Source: Meyerozyma guilliermondii
Taxonomy: Eukaryota
Assembly: GCA_051546255.1 (NCBI GenBank)
Contig: CP128816.1
Location: 186,001-250,000 of the forward strand
Direction: 5' to 3'
DNA: 64,000 bases
Shown here: positions 33,099-42,900 of the stretch, piece after piece
How positions within the stretch are numbered: the first letter of the stretch is position 1
Layout: every line of letters begins with the position of its first letter
The notes under the pieces: generated by a model
Databases searched by the model: none
What the model was told of the DNA's origin: nothing
The model's input: the letters and a program-made list of their open reading frames with translations, nothing else
Made by a program: the position numbers and the translations under genes

Positions 33099-35687
33099 AT
33101 GTCACAACTACATACTAACTCTAAAGAGGTTCACGCTTCTAGTAGTAATAGCCAGGATGATAAGCTCCAGAAACGTAGAGCCCGTTTAGCGGCATGGAAC
33201 CAGAAGAAAGCCAGCTCCGAAAAGAGCGAAAACAACGAAGATAAGAAACCGAAAATAGAACTGCTGAAGCTACAGGAATGGATAAAAAGGCGCCAGCAGA
33301 AGTCTGCTACACCAGAAGTACCCAGTACAGAAGCATCTCAGAAACCTACATCAATAAAGCCCATTCTTAGGGCGAGACTTAGCACTCTGTCTTCGAAGCA
33401 GACACAACTAGTACCAAAAAAACGGTCCATCTTTGACGACGACGATGAACAGGATGATGCTAAGACGGCTAAAAAGGACTTTCGTATACCTAACGAGAAG
33501 AAATTACCGGCTTCGACCGAGGAACAAGAGAGTGAAGACGAAGAGAAAGTTCTTGAGCGAATACGGCAGGCGGAGTCTGGAACATCATTTTTGGTAGAGC
33601 TGGGTTTTGAGCAGGATCTTGGAGCTGATTCGGGAATCAGTGGCAGCGAAGGAGATGAAGAAGACGACGAAGAAGGTCAGCAACGACTTTTGAGTGAAAA
33701 GTTGCAGAAGTTAACTAACAAGGAAAAGAAGCTCATGGCTTTAGATTATACACAAATGGAGTACACTTCGGTCAGGAAAAAGTTCTATACTCCCCCTGAA
33801 GAACTCAAAGATGTTCCTCCCGAAAAAGTTACAGCTTTAAGAACCGCTATGGATGGGATAAAGGTGCGTGGTTCAGATTGTCCAATGCCTATACAAAAGT
33901 GGGCACAGTTGGGGCTTCCCTCGTCCATTATGACGGTTCTTGAAGAGAAACTTGGCTACGATACCCCATCCCCAATCCAGTCTCAAGCATTACCAGCAAT
34001 CATGTCGGGCCGTGATATTATCGGAGTGGCCAATACTGGGTCTGGTAAAACTCTTGCCTTTGTGATTCCCCTTATTAGGCATATTATGGACCAGCCACCA
34101 TTGAAGTCTGGAGATGGTCCTATAGGAGTGATCTTGACTCCCACACGAGAGCTAGCTTTACAAATCCAAAAAGAGTTGGTCAACTTCACACAAGCCGTTG
34201 AGCTTTCTGTGTGCTGCTGTTATGGTGGATCTCCCATCGAGTCTCAGATAGCGGATTTGAAACGAGGCACAGAAATCATAGTGGGAACTCCAGGACGTGT
34301 AATTGACCTCTTGGCAGCAAACGGTGGAAGGGTAACGAACTTGCGACGAACTACTTTTTTGGTGCTAGATGAAGCCGACCGAATGTTTGATATGGGTTTT
34401 GAGCCGCAAGTCAACAAAGTTCTTTCTCAAATAAGACCTGATAAGCAGATGGTACTTTTTTCGGCTACTTTTCCCAAAAAGTTGGAATCACTCGCAAGAA
34501 GCTTTTTGGTTGATCCGATAGAGATTGTAGCGGGTGGTATAAGTGTGGTAGCACCCGAAATTACGCAACGGGTTGTGTTGATTGACGATTCAGGAGACAT
34601 ATCGCAGAAGAAGCTACAAGCATTGCTCAAGATCGTTGACGAATTCTCCGTCGAGGACCCAGAGGGCAAGATTTTGATATTTGTTGATAAACAGGAAGCC
34701 GCTGATGACTTGATGGTTCGACTTTTGAATAATCAAATTCTGTGCATTGTGATCCACGGAGGAAAAGATCAAGTGGACCGAAAACATGCAATCAAGCAAT
34801 TTTCCGATAAGAATGGACTTCGAGTTCTCATAGCCACTTCTATCGCTGCTCGTGGTCTTGATGTAAGAGGGTTGAATTTGGTTATAAACTACGACGCCCC
34901 AAGTCATATGGAAGACTATGTTCATCGTGTTGGTCGTACAGGTAGAGCTGGAGCCACCGGAACGGCTGTGACGCTCGTGCTATCCAGTCAAGAAAGAGAG
35001 ATCAGAGACTTGGTGAGAGCTATGAAGATGAGTGGAAAAGTCGATGATATTCCTGCTGAATTGCAAAGTATAGCAGACAAGTTTTTGAAGAAGGTCAAAT
35101 CTGGCGAGGAAAAGTTCAATTCTGGCTTTGGAGGAAAGGGCCTTGAAAATTTACAGGAGAGGCGTGACAATGTGAGAGAAATAGAGATGCAGATGTATGG
35201 AGATAAGGTGAAGGAAACCAATGGGGTATCCAATTCCTCAGCGGGAAGAAAAGCACTTGGTACTCCAGAGGCAGCTGAAATAGCAGGAATCAAGCTTCCT
35301 GATTTTGATATCGTTGAAGGTAGAGCACCAGAGACCTCTGGACCTGACAGATGCAAATTTCACTCCAGAATCGAAATCAACGACTTGCCTCAAAAAGCGA
35401 GGTGGGTGGTGGTTAATCGTGATAGTTTGTCCAAGATTATCGATGCTACCTCTACGTCAATTACAAGCAAAGGTCAATATTATCCTCCAAATTCCAAGTT
35501 GCCCAAACCTACCATCAAATATGGACGTGAAATCCCACCTCCGCCTAAACTTTATTTGCTTGTGGAGGGCCTAACAAAGTCAGCAGTACAGGAAGCCAAC
35601 AAGCTTCTCCGTCAGAAAATGATAGAGGGTGTGGATGTTGCAACAGAAGAGGATGCCAAGGCCCCAATTGGTCGATACAATGTATAG
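33099..35687 (+). CDS. PRP5: Pre-mRNA splicing DEAD-box helicase
   Basis: TGSGKT, PTRELA, GRVTNLRR, DEAD, SAT, HRVGRTGR; C-terminal INDLPQKARW KH-like domain. Confidence 0.93.
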   Translation: MSQLHTNSKEVHASSSNSQDDKLQKRRARLAAWNQKKASSEKSENNEDKKPKIELLKLQEWIKRRQQKSATPEVPSTEASQKPTSIKPILRARLSTLSSKQTQLVPKKRSIFDDDDEQDDAKTAKKDFRIPNEKKLPASTEEQESEDEEKVLERIRQAESGTSFLVELGFEQDLGADSGISGSEGDEEDDEEGQQRLLSEKLQKLTNKEKKLMALDYTQMEYTSVRKKFYTPPEELKDVPPEKVTALRTAMDGIKVRGSDCPMPIQKWAQLGLPSSIMTVLEEKLGYDTPSPIQSQALPAIMSGRDIIGVANTGSGKTLAFVIPLIRHIMDQPPLKSGDGPIGVILTPTRELALQIQKELVNFTQAVELSVCCCYGGSPIESQIADLKRGTEIIVGTPGRVIDLLAANGGRVTNLRRTTFLVLDEADRMFDMGFEPQVNKVLSQIRPDKQMVLFSATFPKKLESLARSFLVDPIEIVAGGISVVAPEITQRVVLIDDSGDISQKKLQALLKIVDEFSVEDPEGKILIFVDKQEAADDLMVRLLNNQILCIVIHGGKDQVDRKHAIKQFSDKNGLRVLIATSIAARGLDVRGLNLVINYDAPSHMEDYVHRVGRTGRAGATGTAVTLVLSSQEREIRDLVRAMKMSGKVDDIPAELQSIADKFLKKVKSGEEKFNSGFGGKGLENLQERRDNVREIEMQMYGDKVKETNGVSNSSAGRKALGTPEAAEIAGIKLPDFDIVEGRAPETSGPDRCKFHSRIEINDLPQKARWVVVNRDSLSKIIDATSTSITSKGQYYPPNSKLPKPTIKYGREIPPPPKLYLLVEGLTKSAVQEANKLLRQKMIEGVDVATEEDAKAPIGRYNV

Positions 35688-36055
35688 ACTTTAATTGCAT
35701 TGGGGGCTGATGCAACGTCAGATAAGCGCTACGATTGAAATAGCAGAAGCTTAGCTTTCCAATCGTGTATTGCTCATCGGATAGTATTATAATGCTGCAA
35801 AAAGCTACCTTTGAGGGTACTATCAACTCGATGAAACTCAGCTATTTCCCGATTTTACGATCCAGCATCAAGTCCACCTAACACTCACATACTGCAATAT
35901 ACATGAGTACGAATAAACACTAGTAACCAACTTCATGTGACCCATATATTCCATCGGCTACCCCAGCTTTTTCCCTGCATACACACCCGATGCCTCGGTT
36001 AATGCGCGGGGTACCACCTTTCTTATAAATCTCTTTTATTTCTACGTGAGCTGGA

Positions 36056-36877
36056 ATGGTAGAGTCTGCTGAAGCATATAAGCAATACGACGAGTTCGTC
36101 GTCACGGAAGTGGAACTGGGTTTATGGCATGTTCAATTGAACAACCCCAAGACTTTGAATGCTTTCTCCGAGACGACGTGGAGACAATATGGCGAAATTT
36201 TCACCAAGCTTGATGCCGATCCAGAGGTCAATGTGATCTTGGTGTCTTCCACTTCGCCCAGGGCGTTCAGTAGTGGTCTTAACTTGAAATCTGCCATTGC
36301 AACTTTTGGTCAAAGCGTGGACATGAATAATGAGGAACGTTACAATCATATGCACCAACATATCAGAGACTTCCAGCACTGTATCACCACGCCAGCCAGA
36401 ATCAACACTCCTACAATTGGGTTGCTCAATGGTGTGAGCTATGGATTGGCGTTAGATATGGCCGCGTGCTACACCATTAGAGTGGCAGTTGAAGGTGTCA
36501 AGTTTTCCATCCGTGAAATCAAAATTGGAATTTCTGCGGACATTGGTTCGTTGCAGAGACTCCCTGCTTTGGTCAACAACAAGTCCGCGTTGTACCAACA
36601 TGCCCTTACTGGCGACATCTTCGGAGCCGACGAAGCGTTCCGCTTAGGTTTTGTTAGCAGAGTGTTACCTGATTTGGAATCTGGCGTCGAGTACATAAAG
36701 GAGGTTGGTCTGGATATCGCTGGAAACCAGCAATGGGCCATCTACGGTACGAAAAAATCTATCCAAGAGATCACCGATGGACTTTCTGTGGAGCAGGGCT
36801 TAAAAAATATTGCCCATCACAATGCAACGCATATTGACAAAAGATTCATCCTGGCCATGATGGGAGTCAAGTTGTAG
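36056..36877 (+). CDS. Crotonase-family enzyme, delta3,5-delta2,4-dienoyl-CoA isomerase-like, probably peroxisomal
   Basis: AFSSGLNL, EIKIGISADIGSLQRLP; ends in VKL. Confidence 0.85.
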   Translation: MVESAEAYKQYDEFVVTEVELGLWHVQLNNPKTLNAFSETTWRQYGEIFTKLDADPEVNVILVSSTSPRAFSSGLNLKSAIATFGQSVDMNNEERYNHMHQHIRDFQHCITTPARINTPTIGLLNGVSYGLALDMAACYTIRVAVEGVKFSIREIKIGISADIGSLQRLPALVNNKSALYQHALTGDIFGADEAFRLGFVSRVLPDLESGVEYIKEVGLDIAGNQQWAIYGTKKSIQEITDGLSVEQGLKNIAHHNATHIDKRFILAMMGVKL

Positions 36878-37032
36878 TGGACGATAGTGAAAACGTCGTG
36901 AAATTGGTGGAAAATCTTAGACAAGTTCTCACTCTGCCTGCTCCTCTGTCGTGCTTATTGCCGGTCGCAGCCGTTATGATATATGCAGTATTTAGTTAGC
37001 GAATTAAACTGAAAAATTTCATTACAGCGATC

Positions 37033-38916
37033 ATGAGCTACCTTCCAAGCCGATCTTTGAGGGCTGTCGGTACTTCACGGCGATATGCATCGGGCCTCGC
37101 GGTTTCTCTAGGGGAAGCGTCGTACCATCATGCTTCAAGTAGTATCAAGCTGACCTCAGGCGCCAAATCTCAATCGTCTGTAGCATTGATGATGGACAGT
37201 TTGCCGTCTCAAAGTTGTATTGGGAATCTTTCGGTGGCCTATTCTTCGAGCTTGAAGCCGTATGTTCCTCGCGGGTCATCTCGGATAAAGAGAAATATCA
37301 TCAACTTGCTCGAGAATCGAAAATATGAGCAGGTTTTGGACCTACTTCTTCGATGGACCGAGTCTAGTGTCAATAATTCGTGGAAATCCACTATTAGTGA
37401 ACGTGAAATGGCATTTTTCATTGGAGCGATTGTCAAGTATCAGTTATATGTCATTGCTGAAGCTGCAGATGCCAAAGGCATTCATCGGGACATCAATGTA
37501 ACCCACCAAAAGTTTGCTGAAGCGAGAAGCTTGAGAGAGAAAATACGAGGTTTGTACAGCATTTTGTTGTATGGAAGCACCGAAGAATCGCTTTATGAGC
37601 GGCTGAAACGTGCCAATGTATACAACTCCGACCATTATACCGGTTACCTTCTCACTCAAGCGGACTATGAAAATTTAATTTCTCTCGAGTTGGGAAACCA
37701 AAAGCTTGATTTAGCATCCAAATGGTTCCAGAGATTCCACAGCCAGTTCGAGGAACCACTTACAAAATACACTTATGACATGTGGGTTCTAAAATTCAAG
37801 GTATATTGTGGTGGTGCACCATTTTTGTGGACCAGTCCAAAAACAGATGTTGGACGTAATGACATTAGACGCCGAAGAGGTATTTTTCGGGCCGAAAAAC
37901 CATGGATTGAAGTCTTTGATGAATACCTAAGAACCATTCTGCGCACAACCAATTCCCAGCCTGTCCTCGATAACAAGATGAACGAGGTTTTAATCTCATG
38001 CATGGGCTATAATGGCAGCTTGAGCTATTTGACCAAATACATTGAAAGCGTATGGGGAATAACCGCACAAGGTAAGAGCAAGTTTCGACTCGAAAAGTCC
38101 AATTCTCGTTATCCGGACCTTGCTATCTTGAAAGCTATAGTTGTTTCCTTCTTCTATAACCAGCAGTTCTTTCAGGCCATGACTTACTTGAATAGTTTCC
38201 AAGAGATTTATGGTATAGATTTGACCATTAGTCCAGCGAGGAGCTTGTGGGATCAGGTGTTCCGATACGCCGAAGGTATCACATCGTATGACGAAGATAA
38301 AGCTCTCTCTGTCTTTTTGAAGCAGTCACGAATCAACGTTGACACCAAGAGGAAAAAGGAGGACAAGCTTCGTCAAGTTCAGTCCAATGTGAACTTTGAC
38401 TACGAAGGGTACTTGACATTTGTTAAAGATTTGGAGCAAAAACGCACCGCTACCATGTCCGAATTATGGCACTTATATCGCGACTCCAATGGTTTTTTTT
38501 GCACTGGAGTTGTCAAGGCATATTTGTCATTTCTTGAAGTTAAGCCGTCGAGTATGGATCAATACTACGACTTGATGACTTATTTGGCAAAGTGCTATCA
38601 TGAATATGCTGTGAGCAACCTGTCATTTAACAGGCTTGATCTCATAACCAATCGTATCTATGATAACGATGAAAGGGTCTATGCGTTATATGAGCAAGCA
38701 TTAGCAAACGCTATTGAGATCAAGGGTATTCTGGGTTATATAGGCCAAATCGAACCCTTGATTGAAGAATGGAGTTTGGACAACGAAATGGCACACAAGT
38801 TGCGAGCCAAATTCATGGAGAACCGTCCGAGATACAGATCTATCTTGGAGGAAAATAGATTGCGGAAGGTGGAGGAGCAAGTAGAAGATGAGGAGAAGTT
38901 ACTAGACTTATTCTAA
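37033..38916 (+). CDS. AEP2: Mitochondrial ATPase expression protein (ATP13 domain)
   Basis: YIESVWGI...YPDLAILKAIVVSFFYN...YGI..LW segment resembles the ATP13 domain; mitochondrial presequence. Confidence 0.7.
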   Translation: MSYLPSRSLRAVGTSRRYASGLAVSLGEASYHHASSSIKLTSGAKSQSSVALMMDSLPSQSCIGNLSVAYSSSLKPYVPRGSSRIKRNIINLLENRKYEQVLDLLLRWTESSVNNSWKSTISEREMAFFIGAIVKYQLYVIAEAADAKGIHRDINVTHQKFAEARSLREKIRGLYSILLYGSTEESLYERLKRANVYNSDHYTGYLLTQADYENLISLELGNQKLDLASKWFQRFHSQFEEPLTKYTYDMWVLKFKVYCGGAPFLWTSPKTDVGRNDIRRRRGIFRAEKPWIEVFDEYLRTILRTTNSQPVLDNKMNEVLISCMGYNGSLSYLTKYIESVWGITAQGKSKFRLEKSNSRYPDLAILKAIVVSFFYNQQFFQAMTYLNSFQEIYGIDLTISPARSLWDQVFRYAEGITSYDEDKALSVFLKQSRINVDTKRKKEDKLRQVQSNVNFDYEGYLTFVKDLEQKRTATMSELWHLYRDSNGFFCTGVVKAYLSFLEVKPSSMDQYYDLMTYLAKCYHEYAVSNLSFNRLDLITNRIYDNDERVYALYEQALANAIEIKGILGYIGQIEPLIEEWSLDNEMAHKLRAKFMENRPRYRSILEENRLRKVEEQVEDEEKLLDLF

Positions 38917-39050
38917 TGAGACATGATATACCAATGTAGTGTTTTTTGCAGCTCAAAGTTTGTCTCCGTTTCGCGCCTTGCACTCTGGTCGTGTGTGTAC
39001 CGCCGCACCAGCGTTGACACGAAACGAGAAATCCACCATGGGCGATCACA

Positions 39051-39422
39051 ATGGCTGAGGGTTTGGAAAAGTTTACTGAGGTGCCCGTGGAGTTTTTCAA
39101 GGATGGCAGTGCTTTCGTGAGAAAGTGTCAAAGACCTGACAAGAAGGGTATGTATATTCCAGTGGTTTGAACAGGAGATTTCATTTTAGATAACAGGGAA
39201 ATTCATATTGAATTAGGATACTTATCATTGAAGACCCATTCTTCAAAAAATGCCGTTAATGGCTATATTTCACATTTCACTATCTCCATATTGCTCTTTC
39301 AATGTACTGACCCAGAATATATGAAAATTATCAGAGCCGTCGGTGTTGGTTTTATCATGATGGGAGTGGTGGGCTACGCTGTCAAGTTGTTGCATATTCC
39401 CATCAGATACTTGATTGTATAA
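39051..39422 (+). CDS. SSS1: Sec61 gamma subunit, spliced: join(39051..39147,39316..39422), 67 aa
   Basis: MAEGLEKFTEVPVEFFKDGSAFVRKCQRPDKK/EYMKIIRAVGVGFIMMGVVGYAVKLLHIPIRYLIV after removing the intron. Confidence 0.95.
39148..39315 (+). other. Spliceosomal intron of SSS1 (168 nt)
   Basis: GTATGT donor at 39148, branch TACTGAC at 39305-39311, CAG acceptor at 39313-39315; removal restores the reading frame. Confidence 0.92.
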
Positions 39423-39583
39423 TTTTGCTGCGTTCGGCGTAGTTCGGTCCAATTGCTAATGTAGTTTGGTCAGTTGTTTATGTGGTATAGCCTAGTTGTG
39501 CCTAGTATAGCCTAGTATAGTATGGTAATGTACTGCAGATGGCCTCACGTCTCACTTTTCTGCAGTCTGCGACAAAGTTCCAC

Positions 39584-39601
39584 GCTCATCGACCTCATCG
39601 C
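39584..39601. promoter_or_regulatory. Tandem PAC elements upstream of RRP1
   Basis: GCTCATCG and CTCATCGC (reverse of GCGATGAG) just 5' of a ribosome-biogenesis gene. Confidence 0.65.
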
Positions 39602-39619
39602 ACAAGGCTGCAAGTTGAC

Positions 39620-40393
39620 ATGTCCCAGACTTCCAAGTTTGTCAAGAAGTTGGCATCCAATGATCGCGCCACGCGTGAAGCCACGTTCAAGGCGCTCTCG
39701 AAATATCTCTCTTCGCGTAACGCGGCAAAGTTAGATACGTTGGAAATGGAAAAATTATGGAAAGGGCTCTATTTTTCAATGTGGTTTTGTGACCGTCCTG
39801 GCCCCCAACAACGATTGGCAGAAAACCTTGGGCTGTTGTACTCAAGCCATATTCCAGCTTCTGCGTTTCCGAGATTCGTAGAGGCGTTTTGGGTGATTAT
39901 GATTCGAGAATGGCCCACCATTGACCAGTGGAGAATCGACAAATACTATCTTCTCATCAGACGAGTTGTACGGCACTGTTTCCGCCAGCTCAAACAGCAG
40001 AATTGGGACTCAAAGTTGGTGCAAGGCTACTTGGAAGCTTTGGAAAAGCACCCTTTGAGTGGAAACCAATCTGTAGGAACTGCATTGCCATACCATCTAT
40101 GTGATATATGGATGGATGAATTGGAAAGGGTGGTATTCGAGAAAGATGACGAGGAAAATGAAGAACAAGATGAAGAACAAGATGACGAAAATGTGCTCGA
40201 AAAGCTCGAAAATGTGCCGGTAGACACCCTTGTAGAGCCATTTGCAAAATTGAGTAAATCCGCTGCGCTTAAAACATTAAGAGAAAAATGCAAAGCCGAA
40301 GTGCTTGAAGATAAAAGGTACCAAAAATGGCTGACGCAGAACGACGATGAGGAAGAAGAAGACGTAGACGAGGAGGAGTGGAAGGGATTCTGA
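39620..40393 (+). CDS. RRP1: Ribosomal RNA processing protein (Nop52 family)
   Basis: FVKKLASNDR, KLWKGLYFSMWFCDRP, IDQWRIDKYYLLIRR, terminal EEEWKGF; ATG at 39620. Confidence 0.95.
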   Translation: MSQTSKFVKKLASNDRATREATFKALSKYLSSRNAAKLDTLEMEKLWKGLYFSMWFCDRPGPQQRLAENLGLLYSSHIPASAFPRFVEAFWVIMIREWPTIDQWRIDKYYLLIRRVVRHCFRQLKQQNWDSKLVQGYLEALEKHPLSGNQSVGTALPYHLCDIWMDELERVVFEKDDEENEEQDEEQDDENVLEKLENVPVDTLVEPFAKLSKSAALKTLREKCKAEVLEDKRYQKWLTQNDDEEEEDVDEEEWKGF

Positions 40394-40500
40394 AACTTTA
40401 CATACTTTTATATTACCCAGTGGCAGAAGCCATCGGGTGTGCATATAATCCGATATCATTTTCGCAACTGAGGCTAAACTGGCACATTGTAGCTCTCATC

Positions 40501-41517
40501 ATGGCTGATGATCCCGGAGCAAATGACGGGCCCCAGATACCCAAGTACGTCACCAAGGTTCCCTGGTACCAGAAGGAACGCCAAAAGGACGAAAATGACT
40601 ACCATTCGCATCATTTGAAGAATCCTCAAGATGGCCCAGTGGACTATTCTGAGGCACAACATGGACCCGGATTTCAGGAGTCATCCGACACATCAGAACA
40701 GTACGACAGCAAGCGAGACCGATGGCAGGGGTTTGATGCCTCGGACTATGTGCAAGTTGCCAATCAATGGGACCGTATGAAAGCAAAAGTAGTGGATGCT
40801 GGTGGACGAGATTCTGAAGACTATGGAGTCGAAATGATCGAGTTGGGACTCGAGTACCGAGATTTCCGTTCCAGTGTCAAGCAGGACGTGGAAGAAAAGA
40901 CGATCCGGGACCGAAACGACGTTCCAGAATACATAAAACGTATTAGTGCTGGAAAAATTCGAGCAGACCAGCCGAATCTCGATATCGTTACATCGGACGA
41001 CCAATTTGTACGACCCACCATTAAAGGTGGCCATGACTTGGGTTCCGACTTTGAGGCCACGCGTGCTTTTGCCTGGGACCAGGATCGTATTTTCAAACAA
41101 GATCGCCAGCAGGTGAATTTAGAACTGCTGCTTGAATCACTTACGAGCACCAACGCTTCCAATATGCACGCATATCCCCAAACCAACCTCAATGCCAGTA
41201 TGGAAGCCAGTCCTACCGCCACGGTGCTCCAGGCTCGCAAAGACGCCGAAAAGAAGCGACAATCAAAGTTGCAACTGCGCCAGAACTTGCTTGCAAAGTA
41301 TGGAGATGGAACCGCAGATGAAACCTTAGGTGGGACTGCAGATGGCTCGGAGCGTGCGGCGAAAGTTGCAACTAATGGAACACCACGAGTCATCGACGCG
41401 GAGATTAACGATGAAAAATACCACCCTTCGGCGTGGGGAAGCTACTACAAGGACGGGTCGTGGGGTTACAGTTGCTGCCATTCAACTGATAAATCGGCAC
41501 CGTGCACCAAAAAATGA
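40501..41517 (+). CDS. SLU7: Second-step splicing factor Slu7 (divergent)
   Basis: IPKYVTKVPWY, YDSKRDRWQGF, IRDRNDVPEY, EASPT, SAWGSYY..WGYSCCH; linked to SSS1 and RRP1 as in S. cerevisiae. Confidence 0.85.
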   Translation: MADDPGANDGPQIPKYVTKVPWYQKERQKDENDYHSHHLKNPQDGPVDYSEAQHGPGFQESSDTSEQYDSKRDRWQGFDASDYVQVANQWDRMKAKVVDAGGRDSEDYGVEMIELGLEYRDFRSSVKQDVEEKTIRDRNDVPEYIKRISAGKIRADQPNLDIVTSDDQFVRPTIKGGHDLGSDFEATRAFAWDQDRIFKQDRQQVNLELLLESLTSTNASNMHAYPQTNLNASMEASPTATVLQARKDAEKKRQSKLQLRQNLLAKYGDGTADETLGGTADGSERAAKVATNGTPRVIDAEINDEKYHPSAWGSYYKDGSWGYSCCHSTDKSAPCTKK

Positions 41518-41811
41518 TAATTTGACAGGTGTCACGTGAGAGTAATTGACATTACCGGTGGTATAATTGACTGTCATCCATTGGTACACTTTGGCAACTT
41601 TGGCATTGGTACGGTAGTGTTTCACTGACTCGCGCGTTTTTGACTGTTCCGATTCCATTTTCGACCCTCTTTTCCACATGGGCCAATTTAGTCTTGTGGC
41701 TGCAATCTGCCCCACGTGGGGTAAGCCTCGTGTGACGGAACGCCAACGTGTTGGCGAACGTGGGCACATACTATTTAAAGAGATCTGTGGCACGCATTGT
41801 TGTGGTCAAAT

Positions 41812-42873
41812 ATGACGGAACGCTTACCAGGACCACCGGTTTTAAAGACTACTATAATCCAGCTCAACAAGGATTTGGATGTCGAAGATGGGAATTTTGA
41901 AATCTTGACAAATGAACAAACTTCCACTTCCTCCACCGGCGCGACGCCATCAGCCGTTCCTGGAAAAAAGAAGAGGCGGCGTAGTACCGCCAATGCCGAT
42001 GCAGAGGAATTAGCCAAGAGAAGGCACGAGACAAAACAGCTTCATTCGGTGATAGAAAAAAGACGGCGGTTGAAGATCAATCGTGAGTTTGAAGCATTGA
42101 AATACCTCATTCCCGCGTGTCGTGAATCGGGCGCTGCCTCCAACTATCCCAACACAACCTCCAAGTTTAACGGTAACAAGATCGATGGCATGTATAAACT
42201 CACCATTCTCAAAGCTGCTGTCGAGTATATCTTGTACTTGCATCGCACCATCCAGCGTCAACATTCGATGCTCTCCCAATTCGAAGGAAGCGACTTTTTC
42301 GACGCTTCGTTTGCCGATGTCCCATTGGACGTCAACCAGTACCGTGACATCGACCACGACTTCAGTTTTAACGATTTGCATGATGAAAAAAAGAACAACC
42401 ACAATGTGATAGAGGAGGATGAAGAAGGTGACAGTGAAAATTCCAGCGATCCCACCGACAACGGGGTGCCGACGCTCAACAATTTTCGTCAGCTTCCAAG
42501 CCCGCAAATAACCCCAGACATGGGCCCCATACTCTCTATGATGAATAAACACCAACCAGCTTACTCCCCCACCAGATCCTTGTCGCGTACTTCGTCAATG
42601 TGTGATTCACCAAGGGGGTATTCCTATCCCTCCACCACCGAGCCTTCGCCGCTTACAACTGCATTGAAGTCCAAAGTTACCACCAGATTCCTGTTACCGG
42701 ATCCAGCCATTCCTGCCGATGAAGTTGCCATGCCGCAAAGACGTATGTTCAAGACACTGGTGCCGGCCAACAACACCATTATGTCGTACCCTGGTTCGCT
42801 CGAGATGGACGAGGACGCCACCAAAGCGTTGCTTGCACTCCGGAAGTCAAGCATAGACAATTTGTTGAATTAG
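41812..42873 (+). CDS. bHLH transcription factor
   Basis: HSVIEKRRRLKINREFEALKYLIP...KLTILKAAVEYI; ATG at 41812. Confidence 0.88.
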   Translation: MTERLPGPPVLKTTIIQLNKDLDVEDGNFEILTNEQTSTSSTGATPSAVPGKKKRRRSTANADAEELAKRRHETKQLHSVIEKRRRLKINREFEALKYLIPACRESGAASNYPNTTSKFNGNKIDGMYKLTILKAAVEYILYLHRTIQRQHSMLSQFEGSDFFDASFADVPLDVNQYRDIDHDFSFNDLHDEKKNNHNVIEEDEEGDSENSSDPTDNGVPTLNNFRQLPSPQITPDMGPILSMMNKHQPAYSPTRSLSRTSSMCDSPRGYSYPSTTEPSPLTTALKSKVTTRFLLPDPAIPADEVAMPQRRMFKTLVPANNTIMSYPGSLEMDEDATKALLALRKSSIDNLLN

Positions 42874-42900
42874 TTGTATTATAGAAAATAGACATACCTT

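Noticed and set aside
39486..39523. CCTAGTATAG repeats between SSS1 and RRP1
   Set aside because: Three short imperfect units without spacers; not CRISPR-like, most likely 3'-end low-complexity sequence.
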